From contig OZ024743.1 in NCBI GenBank assembly GCA_964016885.1, forward strand, positions 158,100,001 through 158,164,000: a stretch of DNA of 64,000 nt, written 5' to 3'. Shown here piece after piece: positions 50,081 to 63,828 of the stretch. Position 1 is the first letter of the stretch. Every line of letters begins with the position of its first letter. Origin of the DNA: Eledone cirrhosa (taxonomy: Eukaryota). Made by a program: the position numbers and the translations under genes. Under the pieces are notes generated by a model. That model was not told the DNA's origin. It worked only from the letters and a program-made list of their open reading frames with translations, and did no database searches.

Positions 50081-53000
50081 AGCTATTTCGGCACTGGAAA
50101 CTGAGATCTGATTGAGAAAAAGAAAAAAAAAAACTTTCTCGAAAACAAAGCTACTGGGAAAGCAGAGAGGAATCTGTTTTTTTTTATTACGTACCGCAAG
50201 ACAAATTAGGATATGGCGACGAGACTACGAACGAGCGAAGCGATTAGGGCATTTTCCGGTGAAGGCGATGTTGTCGCTTGGCTGCGAAAAGTCCGGCTGG
50301 TCGCAAGCTTACAGAAGATAGAAGATGTGGCTGGCCTCATGGCACTGTACCTCGAGGGGGACGCGTTGGTACTCTTCCTTGAGATGGATGAAAACAGCCA
50401 AAGGGATACGCAAAAGATTGAGAGGCGCATGATGGAAGCGTTCGCGGAGGGACCGTTAACCGCTTTTGCTAAGCTGGCAAGAATTAGATGGAACGGTGAA
50501 CGCGTTGACATTTTCGCAGCGGAAATACGGCGATTGGCCATGTTGGCTGGATATCAGGTGGAATGCGAACGCACGGTGCGGTTGCCGTTCATAAATGGAT
50601 TTCCAGACGACATAGCGGTGAAATTGCAACAAGTCCCGGGTTACAAAGAAATGGAGATGCGTACACTGGTGGAGCAAACCCGCATCATAGCAGAAGATGC
50701 CAAGAAGAGTGTCGCGGCGATAACAACTACAGAGGCCCAAGGCAGCTGGCAGCGAAATCGTGAAAGGGAGGCAACCACGGCACGCGGTCGCCCGCGAACG
50801 TTTAGAGGTCGCTATTTTAGGTGCCAGGGCCCGCACATGTCGATAGACTGTAGAGAGTCAAGGCCGGAAATAATATGCTGCCGATGTAAGCGACCAGGCC
50901 ACATCGCTACTAAATGCGACCAGGGAAACGATCCAAGGGGAACTACTGAGCCGGTAGTTGCCCCTTACGAATAGAGGCGCTGCCCGTGGTGGATGTCTTC
51001 GTGAGGGGAAAGCCACAGCGAGCCCTCGTGGACACGGGCTGTACGACGACACTGGTGACCGCGGGGGTGGCGCAGAGGTGGAGAGGGAAGATCAGCGTAA
51101 GGGCAGTCGACGGTAGGAAAATTGAATGCCGAGGTCGCAGCGAGGTGGAGATGGCGGTACGGGGAAGGAAAATAAGGCTTTCTGCCATCGTAGTCGACAA
51201 AGTGGTGGATGGGATCGGCGTGGTTATGGGCATGGACGCAATTGGCCGTCTAGGAGGCGTCACAGTGAACAACGTCGGTGTGTCGTTTGGCGGCCCCGCA
51301 TCGGTATGCGCTGTGAGTACGCGACAGGAGAACCAGAAGGCCCACGAGGAAAAATACCCCGCTTACACCGTGCAGGACAAAGACTTCAAGGCCGTGTTCG
51401 ATGGGCAGCGATGGGTTGTTGAGCGGTACTGGAAGGGAGAACCACCAACACTGAAGACCAAGGTGGGATGCTATCAACACACATTGAAGGGAGACATTAG
51501 GAGCAAGTTCGAGCGAGAGGTAGAGAGATGGATTGAGGAGGGCATACTGCTTCCCTGGAAAGAGGAGGTGAAGTACGGAGTATTGCCGTTAATGGCGGTG
51601 GCGCAACCCACGAAGAACAAGGCGAGGCCAGTACTGGACTTTCGGTAGCTGAACGAGCACTGTCATGCCACACGGGTGGCGAGGTCACGGATGTCTGTGG
51701 GGAAACCCTTCGTGAGTGGAGACGCATGACGGGGGTTTCCGCAATCGTAGATCTAAAGTCGGCATACTTGCAATTGTATATAGATGAGCAGCTCTGGCAG
51801 TATCAGCTGGTCAGGTATAAGGGCCGGACATATTGCCTGGCCAGGCTCGGTTCGGGACTGAGCTCCGCACCGAAGATCATGGCGGCGGTCCTCAAGACCA
51901 TTCTGGGAAAGGCCGACAAGATGAAGAGGGCCACTAATTCCTACATTGACAACATCCTAGTGCACGAGTCTGTAATGTCGGCGACGGAGGTCACGAGCCA
52001 TTTACAGGGGTATGGACTGGCTGCGAAGCCGTCAGAAGCGTTGTAGGGAGGAGCCGCGCTGGGACTTAGGCTACGGCGAGACAGGACGGATGTCTTAGTA
52101 TTCCAGAGGGGAAATGAAGTTCCAGAACTGGGCCCAAGTATGAATTGGGGGGAGCTTTTCTCGGTGTGGGGAAAGTTGGTGGGTCACTACCCGATTGCTG
52201 GGTGGCTCCGGACGGCATGCAGCTATGTCAAAAGACGAGCGGGAGGGGTGACTTGGAGTGAGAGAGAGGACGGTGGCCATGATGCAGGAGATCGTGGAGA
52301 GTGAAGGCCGACGACCCAGTGCGGGGACGCTGGTATGTTCCCAAAGCGCAGAGCGGGACCGTATGGTGCGATGCCAGCAGCATAGCGCTGGGTGTCACGT
52401 TGGAGATAGGAGGTGTTGAGGTCGAGGATGCAGCCTGGCTTAGGAAGAAGAACGACTGAAACCACATCAATGTGGCCGAACTGGACGCGGTGTTGAGAGG
52501 GGTGAACCTCGCCCTGAGGTGGGGGACTGCGCACCATCGAGATACGCACCGACTCGGCTACTGTACTCGGATGGGTGAGATCAGTGCTCACCAGTGAAAA
52601 GAGAGTGCGAACGAGAGGGGCGGCGGAGATGCTGATAAATCGCCGCCTGGGAACTTTAGGAGAGCTGGCCACCGAGTTCAGCCTGAGGCTGAGCGTAGTT
52701 TTCGTGCCCTCAGAGAAAAATAGGGCGGACGTCTTAACCAGGGTGAAGAAATCCTGCATGGAAGCGCCGGAGGAGGTAGAAGAGGAGACAGTTACCGTGT
52801 GTCGGCTGACCGAGTCGGATCTGAAAGGGTTGCATGGGAGTGGATAGGACTCTGTTCCTAGCCAGGAGAATCGACTCGGACGTTAACAGACACAGTGTTC
52901 AAAGAGTGGTTAGAGGCTGCGTCCGATGTCAGTCCATTGATCCCGCCCCGGGTGCGCACGAAACGGGAAGCCTCCCGGTGGATCGCGACTGGAAGCGATT

Positions 53001-53680
53001 GGCGGTGGATGTAACACACTACTGATAGGGAATGTACCTCTCGATGGTCAACTGTGGACCGGGGCGGATGCCGATATGAAGACTGGAACGGCCGAGGAAA
53101 TCATGCGGCGCTGAGGGAGATGCTCGATGGATGGAAGGTGGACCGTTTCTTCAGAGCAGCGTACAGGCCGAGCGGAAATGGAATCGTGGAGTGACACCAC
53201 CGGACGATCAAAGCAATGTCGGAGCGGGGCCACATCTCACCAATGGAGGCAGTGTTCTGGTACAACATGTCCCCTCGGGTGGGACAGGTTGAGGAATCGG
53301 TGCCACACAGAGCAGTATTCAAATACGAGTGGCGGCACCCGTGCACGCCACCACAACGGCCAGTGGAGAGAGAGAATGCGTTCATGCAGGTGGGCGAAGA
53401 AGTCTGGGTTAAGGCCCCAGATGCACGTTGCACATCTCAATGGGGAAGGGGAACGGTGACGGCCGTAAATTCCCAGAACAATGTGTCCGAGGACGGAGTA
53501 CCACGTCATGTCATAGATGTCCGTAGAATTACTGTGTCAACGGACTCCGAGGAAGAGGAAACCCAAAGTGCTGCCCAACACTGCGGAGATCGCAAAGAAG
53601 TCGCAAACCACCAACCTGGACAGCAGACTTTCATATGCAGAAGGACGAGGGGGAAATTGATCGTTGAGATCAAGGGGGCG

Positions 53681-53937
53681 TGTGGTTATGGTGTGGTGTG
53701 CGGTGGCCAGAAGCTGGGGAGTGCTCAACCGGAAGAGTGCTTGACCGGAAGGGTGCTTGGCCGGAAGGGTGCTCGACCGGAAGGGCCAGCAGTTCCGCCC
53801 CTCTCTGGCGGTGATCAGGAACGTGGTGGACGCGAGTATTGCAGCTCCCGGTTTTAACGAGTTGGATTGTACGCACGTGGAAGAAGAGAAACCAGCCATT
53901 GGATCTAGCTATGCCTGTGGAAAGCGGTAAGTGAGGT
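53681..53937 (+). repeat. 3' LTR missing its last 17 bp or so
   Basis: Starts TGTGGTTA and matches the 5' LTR up to GTGAGGT. Confidence 0.88.
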
Positions 53938-56324
53938 TCCGATTAATCGCATATGACTGATTTGATTGGTATCTTTATTTTGAATTCTTTAAATCGGAAA
54001 ATTCCTCAACTTCGCGGTGGAATTTATCGTGACGATGGCCTTTTTACTATCTTAAACTGCAACTTAGTTAACGTTAATATTATTAAGAACAATATACGTG
54101 ATCTCTTTAAGCACCATAACCTTAAAATTGAATTTGATAACAACGTCAAACTAGCTAACTTCTTGAAACTGGCCTATATTACACTTACCATAAAAACAAT
54201 GAGAATCTAAATTATGTTAATTTTAAATCTAACCACCCCACTAACATTAAAAATGCTATAGTCAGTAATATTGAAAAAAGAATCTCAAATCTATCCTCTA
54301 ATAAAGATATCTTCGACGCTAATGCCAATTACTATAATAATGCGCTTTCTAAAGCCGGTTATCCTGATAAAATTAAATACAGTAAGGAAACCAATCATCG
54401 AAGGTCTTATAGTAAAATAATTAATTATGAACATTCCAATAACTTAAATAAAAGACCTAGATACAAAAATATAATTTGGTATAATGCTCCTTTTTCTCTA
54501 TCTATTAATAATAATATTCCTAAACTATTCTTTAGAGCCTTCGATAAATGCTTCCCTCCCTCACATATCTATAGTAAAATCTTTAACAAACATACAATTA
54601 AATTTTCTTATTCCACCACTTCCAACATCTCTAACATTATCTCTAAACACAACAATAAAATATTAAATAATAAATTACATCCTTCCAACACTGAGCGTCA
54701 TAATAATAGTAGTAGTATACCCGACGTCATTGTTAACTCTAGGCTAGATTCTGTAGATTTAAATACGACGTCAAACGTAACTTCGTTGAATGTTCATAAT
54801 ACCAATCAAAATCAGGAAACTATTGTTCCTATCGTAAATAATTTCTCCAATCCAATTCCTTCTATAAATAATACTAGGTCACTTGTTAATAATTCTGTTA
54901 ATTTCTCTAATCGTAATTGTAATTGCCCTATTAGAACTAAATGTCCTCTTAATAACCATTGTCTTGATAAAAACTTAGTCTATGAATATAAGGTTATAAC
55001 TGATACTAATTCTTTTACCTATTTCTGTTCCACTTCCACTTCCTTCAAAGCTAGATTTTATAATCACAAATCGTCTTTTAAATACCAACTTAAAAGAACT
55101 AACACGGCACTCTCGGAACTCATATGGTCCTTAAAAGACAAAAATATTAACTATAAGGAGGAAGGTTTGCTCCGCCTTTCCCTACTTGAATTCTTCCCTA
55201 TCCATAACATGTAATCTCTGCCTAGCCGAGAAATTTACCATTATATCTAATTTCAATTCTATAATAAATAGACGCACAGATTTATTTTCGCTCTGCTTGC
55301 ATAAATCCCATAGAACATTCCATAAAGTATACAGCTAATATCTCAATACCTTATTAGTTTAAAATCCTCTTTTCTCAAAGCCTTATATATCTTTTACAAA
55401 TATACCCATCTTTCTACCTTATTTCAGTATTATATATTATATAATACAATTTACTCATTCTGTGTCATAATCCCCTATCTTTCTTCTTTATCATTTTCCT
55501 TTCTTCCTTTTTTCTTTTTTAATTTCTAATCTCTAATCTGTACTTTTTCTTCCCAATTACTTCTCAATTCATATTATTACTCACTACAGTATTATCCATT
55601 TTTCCATCTTTCCTCATATTATTGGCCATTAAAACTATTTTTTTTAATACATTATAATATTACCATTAGAAGATTTTCGTAAACACATAAACTTTTTGAC
55701 GTTAGATATTTTTTTTTCCTTAAATTTTTCTTCTTTCTTCTCTCCTTCCATGCTCGTGTTAAACCTACTATTTACTTTTACTTTTACATATTACAATACA
55801 TAAAAACAAACTTAAACCCTAACTAATTTCTTTTTTAATATATTATAATATTACCATTAGAACAATTTTCGTAATCATATATACTTTTTGACGTTAGATA
55901 TTTTATTCCTTAAACTTTCTTTTTTCTTCTCTACTTCCGTGCTCATTTTAAACCTACTATTTACGTTTACATATTACAATACATAAAAACAAACTTAAAC
56001 CCTAACTAATTCCTCTAAGTTCATAACTCATTTATTCTTCTCCTTCTTTCACACTATATCCTTAATATCATTAATATTTTTATTTTAATAATACATATTA
56101 ATACATTTTTTTCGCACATATTATTAAACCCTTCAATATACAAACCTTAATTTAATACTATTCTTAATTCCTTTTTCTTCATGCATAAACCTCATTAACT
56201 TTTAATTTCAAAATCTTTTAAATTATCTATTATCTTCCAACGGTTTTTTAATTTCTCACTGTGAGACAATATCACCCATTTCTCCTCCTCTTTCATCCTT
56301 CCTTCTTATACTCCTCCCCCACCA

Positions 56325-56537
56325 GTGGTCATGTATGAGACATTGCAAAAGGCACCCAGCACATACTGTAAATGTGGTTGGTGCTAGGAAGGGCATCCAG
56401 CCATTGAAAACCATTTAGAAACAGTCCTATCGAGCGAGACACAGTCACCCGACCAAACTTGCTTCAAATGGGACAAACCCATCTAACCCATCCTAGTGTG
56501 GACGATGGACGTTAAATGATGATGATGATGATGATGA
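56325..56537 (+). mobile_element. RTE-related tail
   Basis: GCACCCAGC..TAGGAAGGGCATCCAGC..GGACGTTAAA(TGA)n. Confidence 0.75.
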
Positions 56538-56561
56538 TATATATATAAACAAAATATAAAC

Positions 56562-56597
<36 letters not shown>

Positions 56598-56614
56598 CAA
56601 AAAATATATACATA

Positions 56615-56685
<71 letters not shown>

Positions 56686-58261
56686 ATAAGAAGATATTAT
56701 ACTCTGCTCTGTAAGAGCATCGAGTGCTCAAACGGCCTATGGCATACGGACGCTTTAAGCATCCCACACCAATTATATATATATAATATATAGAGAAGGA
56801 GAGAAATAAGAAAAAATGTGATTGCCCCACCATCACATCTAAAAAAGAAACACAAAAAAGCTACATTAAAGTGAAATTTTGAAAATATTGATGTTAAGTT
56901 AATTAAAATCTCTATTTCTTTTTTTTCGTAAAAGGTCAAATTATGTATGAACACTTTAATGGTGCCATTGGAATTGTTTGTCTTCAGTAGCAAATTTATA
57001 ACATATGTGGTAAATATTATATTACTTAAATTCTTTTAACATTGTTGTTTCTTGTTATTATTTAGTCTTTGTTATATTTGATGTTTAGATACATAGTTTT
57101 ATCAGTTAGGTCATAGTTTGTTTTGCATTGTGCAGATTCCTTGAAACCAAAATATTCTTTTTTAAAGATATATATATGTAGATTTATGTGTATGTGGTCA
57201 TGTGTACATACATGCATACATATATGTATTTACACACACACACATGCATACATACATACATGGTGGCTGCCAACTCGTCTTCGAGTACGGCCACTACTTT
57301 ATATCCATGTAGGAGAACCCCTACCGATTCGCTGAACGAGTGTGACTTCTTAGTCCAGCCAGCGACTTGAAAACTCTGGTACAAACACTACACCTGTGAC
57401 AATTATTGACACACACTGCTGGGCCCATGGTACCATGTGACGACAAGTGCAGAGAGATCTCCAGATATAAAGCAATGCCTGTGCCATGAAGCTTTTATAG
57501 TGAGCAAAGGCACTGCACAAAGCCAGTCCCACTCTCTTAACCAAGATGATATTTACCAAAAAGAAGAACAAGTCAATATCATTGGGTACCATAAGAGTTG
57601 CAGGTGTTATATCAGAGTTTTCCTTCTCCTAGAATTCTGCCTTGACAAAGACTAAGGGGTCATCTCTCCCGGTGATTTTGGACGGCCATTGACTCTTAAG
57701 AGCTCCTTTGCCCTTTGACAGGTTTTGTTTTTAGTCCTGCAGGATGTCCCAAGTCACCCTCCTCACCAAGAAACCTTGGTGGGGTTGCCAGTTTAGTCGC
57801 CAACGGCCCGACCATGAGACAGGTTGTACTGGGATACATGTTGCCAGTAGCACCAATTGGTGACCTGACATACATGTGCACACAAATATCATACAAGATG
57901 TATTGCAGGCTACCCATCTAGAAGGAAAGTAACTCAAATTAACTGCTACTAAGTAGCAAGGACTATTTGGTCTTCCTTGTATGAGACAACCTCTTTAATG
58001 AGATGGCATAGTAAAATGTACCCAGTACACTCTGTAGAGTTATGTTGCCAACATAAAATCACAATTTTATGCTAAATTTCATAAGGAAAAATGCCAAAAA
58101 ATGCCAAAAGATCCAGAGAGGAAAAAGAATGCTAAAGTCCAATTATATTAAAAAACAATTTTTATTTAGTCTTTAATTACATTCAGCATTGAGAAATAAT
58201 TTCTTCAACTTCACTAATTTGTTTGCTTTTAGCTGCAGTCTCTGGGTCTTGACTTTTGTAT

Positions 58262-59805
58262 ACAGTTTAAAACTGGCACTCCATGGGAGCTCCTTTATGC
58301 TGACGACCTAGTCCTCATAGCTGAGTCTGTAGGAGAGTTAGAAGCAAAGTTTCAAGCTTGGAAGAGCTGAAAGGCCTAAAAGTAAATTTAGCAAAGACGA
58401 AAGTCTTAATAAGTAGGAAAGAAGACAGGAGAGTGGCTGTGCTCGATATACCAGAAAGGTGTGGTTAGAATTTCCATAAGATACACACAAGAGATGTAGT
58501 TGGATTGCAGGTAGACTAACGGAAAAGATAGACTCTATATGTGGCAGATGCACAGGGGAAGTAAGCACAAAAAACACACATGAAATAAATTCCCTCGGCT
58601 GCCAGGGGAGCTCTCTAGAAGTTGTTGACAGCTTTTACTACCTAGGTGATCAAATTAGTAGTGGGGAAGGATACACTGGAAGTGTGATAGCTAGGATAAA
58701 ACAGGCTGGAAGAAATTCAGATATCTATTATCACTGCTAACAACAAAATGCCTTTCTCTCAGAATGAAGGGTAAACTGTATGATACCTATGTATGAACAG
58801 CAATGTTACATGGCAGTGAAACATGAAGAAGACCAGCTGAGGCTAGAATGAAATGAGTCAAGTATGCTCTGATGGATGTGTAATGTTAGTGTGCATGAGT
58901 GACAAACTGAGGGACTAACTTGGCATAAGAGGAATTGGATGCAGTGTGCAAGAGAGAAGACTGAGTTGGTATGGCCATGTGATACACATGTAACATTGTA
59001 GCTGCATAAAGAAATGTAGAGAAACTCCTGTGGCTAGGACACATAGAAGTGGCATACCCAGGAAGACATGGGTTATATGGACTGACCTTAGAAAGCTAGA
59101 CCTTACATGAGAAATGACTAAAGACCACGAGGGCTGGCACTGTGTAGTGCTGAAGAAGACCTGGCCTGCAGCTTACAATGGGATCTGACCTCCCCTACCC
59201 CTTCCTCTACCACTCCCGAACAGTTATTTTCAACTCACTACTTCACCCCCCCTCACTCACACACATGCATTCCTGGGACCCCCCATGAAGTGGTTGGTGA
59301 TAGGAAGGGCTCTCGGCTCTGGAGAGCCTGCCAGGCAAACAAACAAAGAGTTGGGAGGACCTTTCAGTCATATAAGGAACAGCCTCCATAGTGTTGGTGA
59401 TTTACATGATAAACATACCCGATACACACTGTAATGTGGTTGGTGATAGGAAAGGCATTCAGCCATAGAAAACTCACCAGATAAAAGGTCGAGAGCACCC
59501 TCCAGTTGTGTCAAGGGCATGACAACCTCCCTAGTGTTGGTTATTTACATGATAAACGTACCCAGTACACACTGTAAAATAGTTGGTGAGAGGAAGGGTG
59601 TCCAGCCATAGAAATATTACCACACAAAGAGCATGACAACCTCTCCTGAACACTCAGTGGAACATGTGACCATACATAAGCAAAACACAGATCCCTGGCT
59701 TGCTTGGGAGATCAGTGGCTCTGCTACAGTTTGGACTTGGTCTATATAGACCCACCCAGCCCTTGCTAGCTGAGAAAGCAGATGTTAAAATGACAATGAT
59801 GATGA
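58262..59805 (+). mobile_element. Decayed RTE LINE 3' half
   Basis: PWELLYADDLVL, LHGSET, WYGHV and a (TGA)n tail. Confidence 0.85.
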
Positions 59806-60214
59806 TATATATATATAGATAGATAGATATAGATATATATTGACAGTGGTAGAAAAAAAGAGAGAAAAAGAAAGACAGAAATATAGAGAGATGAATCTGT
59901 CCGTTTTGTAAGTGGCAAATTCTCTGCTAACAGGAAAACACACACATACACAAATACACATAAATACACACACACAATTCCACAACCATCTGGTGTCTCT
60001 AAAGTTGAAAAAATTTGATGGATTTTGCTACCATTAGGACATTAAATACTTTTTGTTAAAAATATAGTTCTCATTGTGAAAGGAATAAAACTAAAAATCC
60101 CAGCAGAGGCACAAAAAAATTGTATGGCTGTCGCTGGTGCACCTGAACCATGGGGCTACAGAGCAATTGCCCCCTTTGCCCCCTCCCCCCCCCCATTAAA
60201 TCCAGCCCTGCATT

Positions 60215-61350
60215 GAAGGTCCCAATTTTGTTAAATATAGGTTTTGAAATGTCAAAGTTTTTTGCAGCATTAGCCATATCTTTTCAAGCATTATTTTACA
60301 GAAAATATTGAAGTTGCATTTTGTTTTTCAGTTTTGATTTGCTTCTACTCATACTGCTGAATAACCATTTGACTTCAGCATTTGATTTGGACAATATTAA
60401 TAAGTTAATGGCAAATTCTACTACATCTCTAAAGAGATTTCCTCCAGTGGCATCTTTACAATTTAATCGGAATGCCTCAATATTAGGAAACAAATTTTTC
60501 TACATTTAAATGCATTGCTTCTAAGACAGGAAAATTTGGCTCTTTTAAACATCTCAAAATATTATCTACTGAAAAACATTTGATATTCCTCAGTATATTA
60601 AAGCTTTATGGCAAAAGTTGCTTGAGCTCTTTATAAAAGCAGAGTAAAAAATGTTGTGTCCTTTCACACATATTATTTTCTTCAGTAGCCATTATAGTCT
60701 TCCTGATCATCTCCTCTGCTATCTTTCTCTTGAAAGAAGACATTCTTCGATATAAGCATCAGGATCAAGAGGATCAATTCTACTTGTTAGAAATAGATTT
60801 TAATTAAATTTGAAATATCTTCAAGTAATTTTGTTTTGTCAACAGTTTTTTTATTCAAGCAGTTTATTCACTTCCTGAACATGATTTAGAATTGGATGCA
60901 AAAATAAAAGGAAAAGTTCATTCCTAGAATCACAAAACATTTTGTGTAGTTTGGAAGTGAGTTTATAATTCAAATTATTGGCTAAGAGCTGATTCCATTG
61001 ACAGCCACCCAGTTGCACAAGAATTCACAATCTTTAAGGGTTCCTTATCATTGACAGCAAGGTAAAGCTGCTTGCAGACACTTTGTCTAGTTGAAGAGTG
61101 AGAAAACCATTATAGATTTTGGATACTAAAAATTCTAAGTTTCTGAGCATGCATTTAGCACAAGTGTAGGATACTGCCAACTGTAAAGAATAACATATAC
61201 ATCTAAACAGAAGTAATGAAAGAACTTCCTCTTTTAATTTCTAAAAACACCATTCTTGACACCTATCATTACACTGGCATTGTCTGTTCCTATGGCCAGC
61301 AGATTTTTAGGTCTAATATCCTTTTTACTAACTCAATTTTTAAGTCATCT
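60215..61350 (-). mobile_element. Decayed hAT transposase
   Basis: PLKI..SCATGWLSME and a dimerisation-like motif LSKSNAEVKWLFS.M.RSKSKLKNKM. CAGGGCTGGATT TIR-like sequence near 60210. Confidence 0.65.
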
Positions 61351-61441
61351 ACAATACAATCGGCATCACATGTTTTTAAAGATACTATACTTATCCTTTT
61401 TCATATTCCACAATGCTTCAAGCAAACTTAAACACGCTTAT

Positions 61442-61478
<37 letters not shown>

Positions 61479-62122
61479 CTTGTCTCACTCGCTTTACGCG
61501 TTTCACTTGTCCCAATAGCTTATTTTAGTTATTGCTCGCACCAACCTGAGGTATATGATTTTTAATGCGATGAAATACCAATGATCGTTGGCAAATCACT
61601 GATGAGGGACTAATTTTATAATATGTAATTCATGTGCAACCATGCAGTATTCTTCTCCCCTTGTTTTTCATATATATATATATATATATGTATTATATAA
61701 GTATATATATATAAGTATATCAACTAGAAATTGATTGACATATATATATATCTAAAATAAACATATGAAACAATCACAAGGAATAATTTGTAAAGTATGT
61801 AAGCACACACAGCTAGGTAGGTAACTAATTAAAGTTTAACTAGAACTTCAAATATAGATACCTTTTAAAATGATTAATCTTCCTTGTATATATTTCATTA
61901 AAGAAATATATTTCACCATCAATCGATCGGTAAATCACAGTAGTCAAATCCTGGATTTTCAACAAGGGAGAAGTTTTAACTATCTGTGTTTACACAGCAA
62001 ATGCAAATCTGCGAATGACTAGCATTTTTTTTAAAATACACACATCGCACCAGCGTCATCCCAGTGGTGTGAATAGGATTATCGACAACTAGAAATAGCA
62101 GCCAAGTCCTTTCAACTGAGTT

Positions 62123-63180
62123 CATCATCACCGTTTTACGTCCGTTCTTCCACGCTAGCATGGGTTAGACGGGTTGTCCTGTTGTGGGCAGTGTCTGGTC
62201 GGCTGACCATGCCTTGCTCATACAGGAACTGATCTGGCTTGATTTCTACAGCTGGATGCCCTTCCTAACACCAACCTCATTTACAGTGAGTGTTGGGTGG
62301 TTTTTCGTGGCGCCTACACGTCCACTTTACAGTGTGGGCTGGGTGCTTTTTTGCCGTGGCACCTCCACGACCACCTTGCGGTGGGGGGGGGGGGGGGGGG
62401 GCATATTGTTTATATGCTTCAGCATGTACCCATGGGAGGTCGGGTACCCTGTATTACTGCGTGACGCCAGAAGTCACGGTCGTGTGTCATTGACTTTGAG
62501 AGGTGTAGTTGGGTAAGGTCGGCTTTTATCACCTCATCCCAAGTCATCTTGGGTCTCCCCACTCCGCGGTTTCCATCAACTTCTAGTGCTCTGCACCTTT
62601 TTATGCAGCTGTCATCCTTCATACGCATCACATGTCCATACCAGCGTAACCGCCTCTCCTGCACGCAGCATTTGATTCCTCTTATGCTCAGTCTCTCTCT
62701 CAATTCATTTATGCTTTGTCGTTCACGTATATTACTGTTACACATCCATCGGAGCATGCAGGCTTCGTTTCTCTCTAATCTACGTAAGTCTTCCACCTTC
62801 AGCGCCCAGGTCTCACTACCATGCAACATCGCTGTTCGGATACACGCATCATACAGTCTGCCTTTCATTCTGAGGGAGAAGCCTTTTGCAGCTAGCAGTG
62901 GTAGTAGTTCCCTAAACTTCTTCCATCCCGTTCTTACCCTAGTTATTGTACTTTCTGAGCACCCACCTCCGTTGCTAATTCGGTCACCTAGGTAGCAGAA
63001 GCTGTCTACTGTTTCTACAGGGCCCTCCCAGAGATTGGTGGTACTTGTTTCCTGTGGCTGTTTGCTTGCTGTTTCAGCACAGCTGCTGCATGTGAATCCT
63101 ACATTCTTAATTAAGCTTCCTGAGATCCCGCTACATCTCTTGTGTACCCATTGTTTGCATTTGGGGCAAAGAATGGAGTT
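62123..63180 (-). mobile_element. RTE LINE 3' fragment inserted in an older repeat
   Basis: KGRLYDACIRTAMLHGSETW, RWYGHV and PHD-like C..C..WVHKRC. GAGTT at both junctions. Confidence 0.9.
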
Positions 63181-63318
63181 AGCTCTACAATTAAGGAGCC
63201 GTATATATATCCAAAATTAAATATATATATAAATATATAAGTATATATATAAGTATATATAAGTATATATATATACATATATATATTTAATTACATAATA
63301 AACAACACAATATAATTA

Positions 63319-63388
63319 TTCCATTACCAAAGGTTTCGGTAAACTAGACGATCCTTACAGACACGTCCAGCTCATTCATCAGATGAAA
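63319..63388 (-). ncRNA. Type I hammerhead ribozyme
   Basis: UUUCAU-CUGAUGA-AUGAGCUGGACG..CGUCUAGUUUACC-GAAA-CCUUUGG-UA-AUGGAA. Confidence 0.75.
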
Positions 63389-63828
63389 TAGTTATGTTTT
63401 GAATATAAGTTTTGAAATTTATATCTATTAAAAATGAATGTGGAGCTAGGTTAAATAACACCTTATAACAGAAAAAAAATATATATATACGTATACACAC
63501 ACACACTTAAATATACATACATGCACACACATATAAACTTCCATCTATATGTACATCCATATACACTCTTACGTAGATATATAAGTGCATCAACCTCATA
63601 TACACACACATACACATACACATACGTCGACATATATATATATATAGAGAGAGACAAATGCACACGCATACATACACACAATATACATACACACACACTG
63701 CCAATAAAAGAGCAAGAATGACGGTGTCATTCTACTGATATGGCTTAAAGAGGCTGTGCAAACGAATCGAATATTATCATCAATTTTCGAAAAAATCAGA
63801 TTACATTTATTATATATATATGTATATA

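Larger units (their letters stand above)
49808..53937 (+). mobile_element. Ty3/Gypsy LTR retrotransposon, decayed
   Basis: Gag with CCHC knuckle (50213-50974), protease VDTG, RT DLKSAY/YIDNIL, RNase H CDAS..AEL..TDS..NRAD, integrase C..C/VDVTH/NGIVE. PPT AAGGGGG before the 3' LTR. Confidence 0.93.
48775..56320 (+). mobile_element. Near full-length decayed Penelope-like element interrupted by a Gypsy element
   Basis: RRLRWIAFF, LKDHKSNF, RLIAPSKS, QFDIASYYSSI, FDIT|..TDLIG, IYRDDG, NCNC..KCPL, FKARFYNH. Confidence 0.9.

Noticed and set aside
61595-61670. CTGATGAGGGAC motif
   Set aside because: No downstream GAAA or stem III; at most a truncated remnant.
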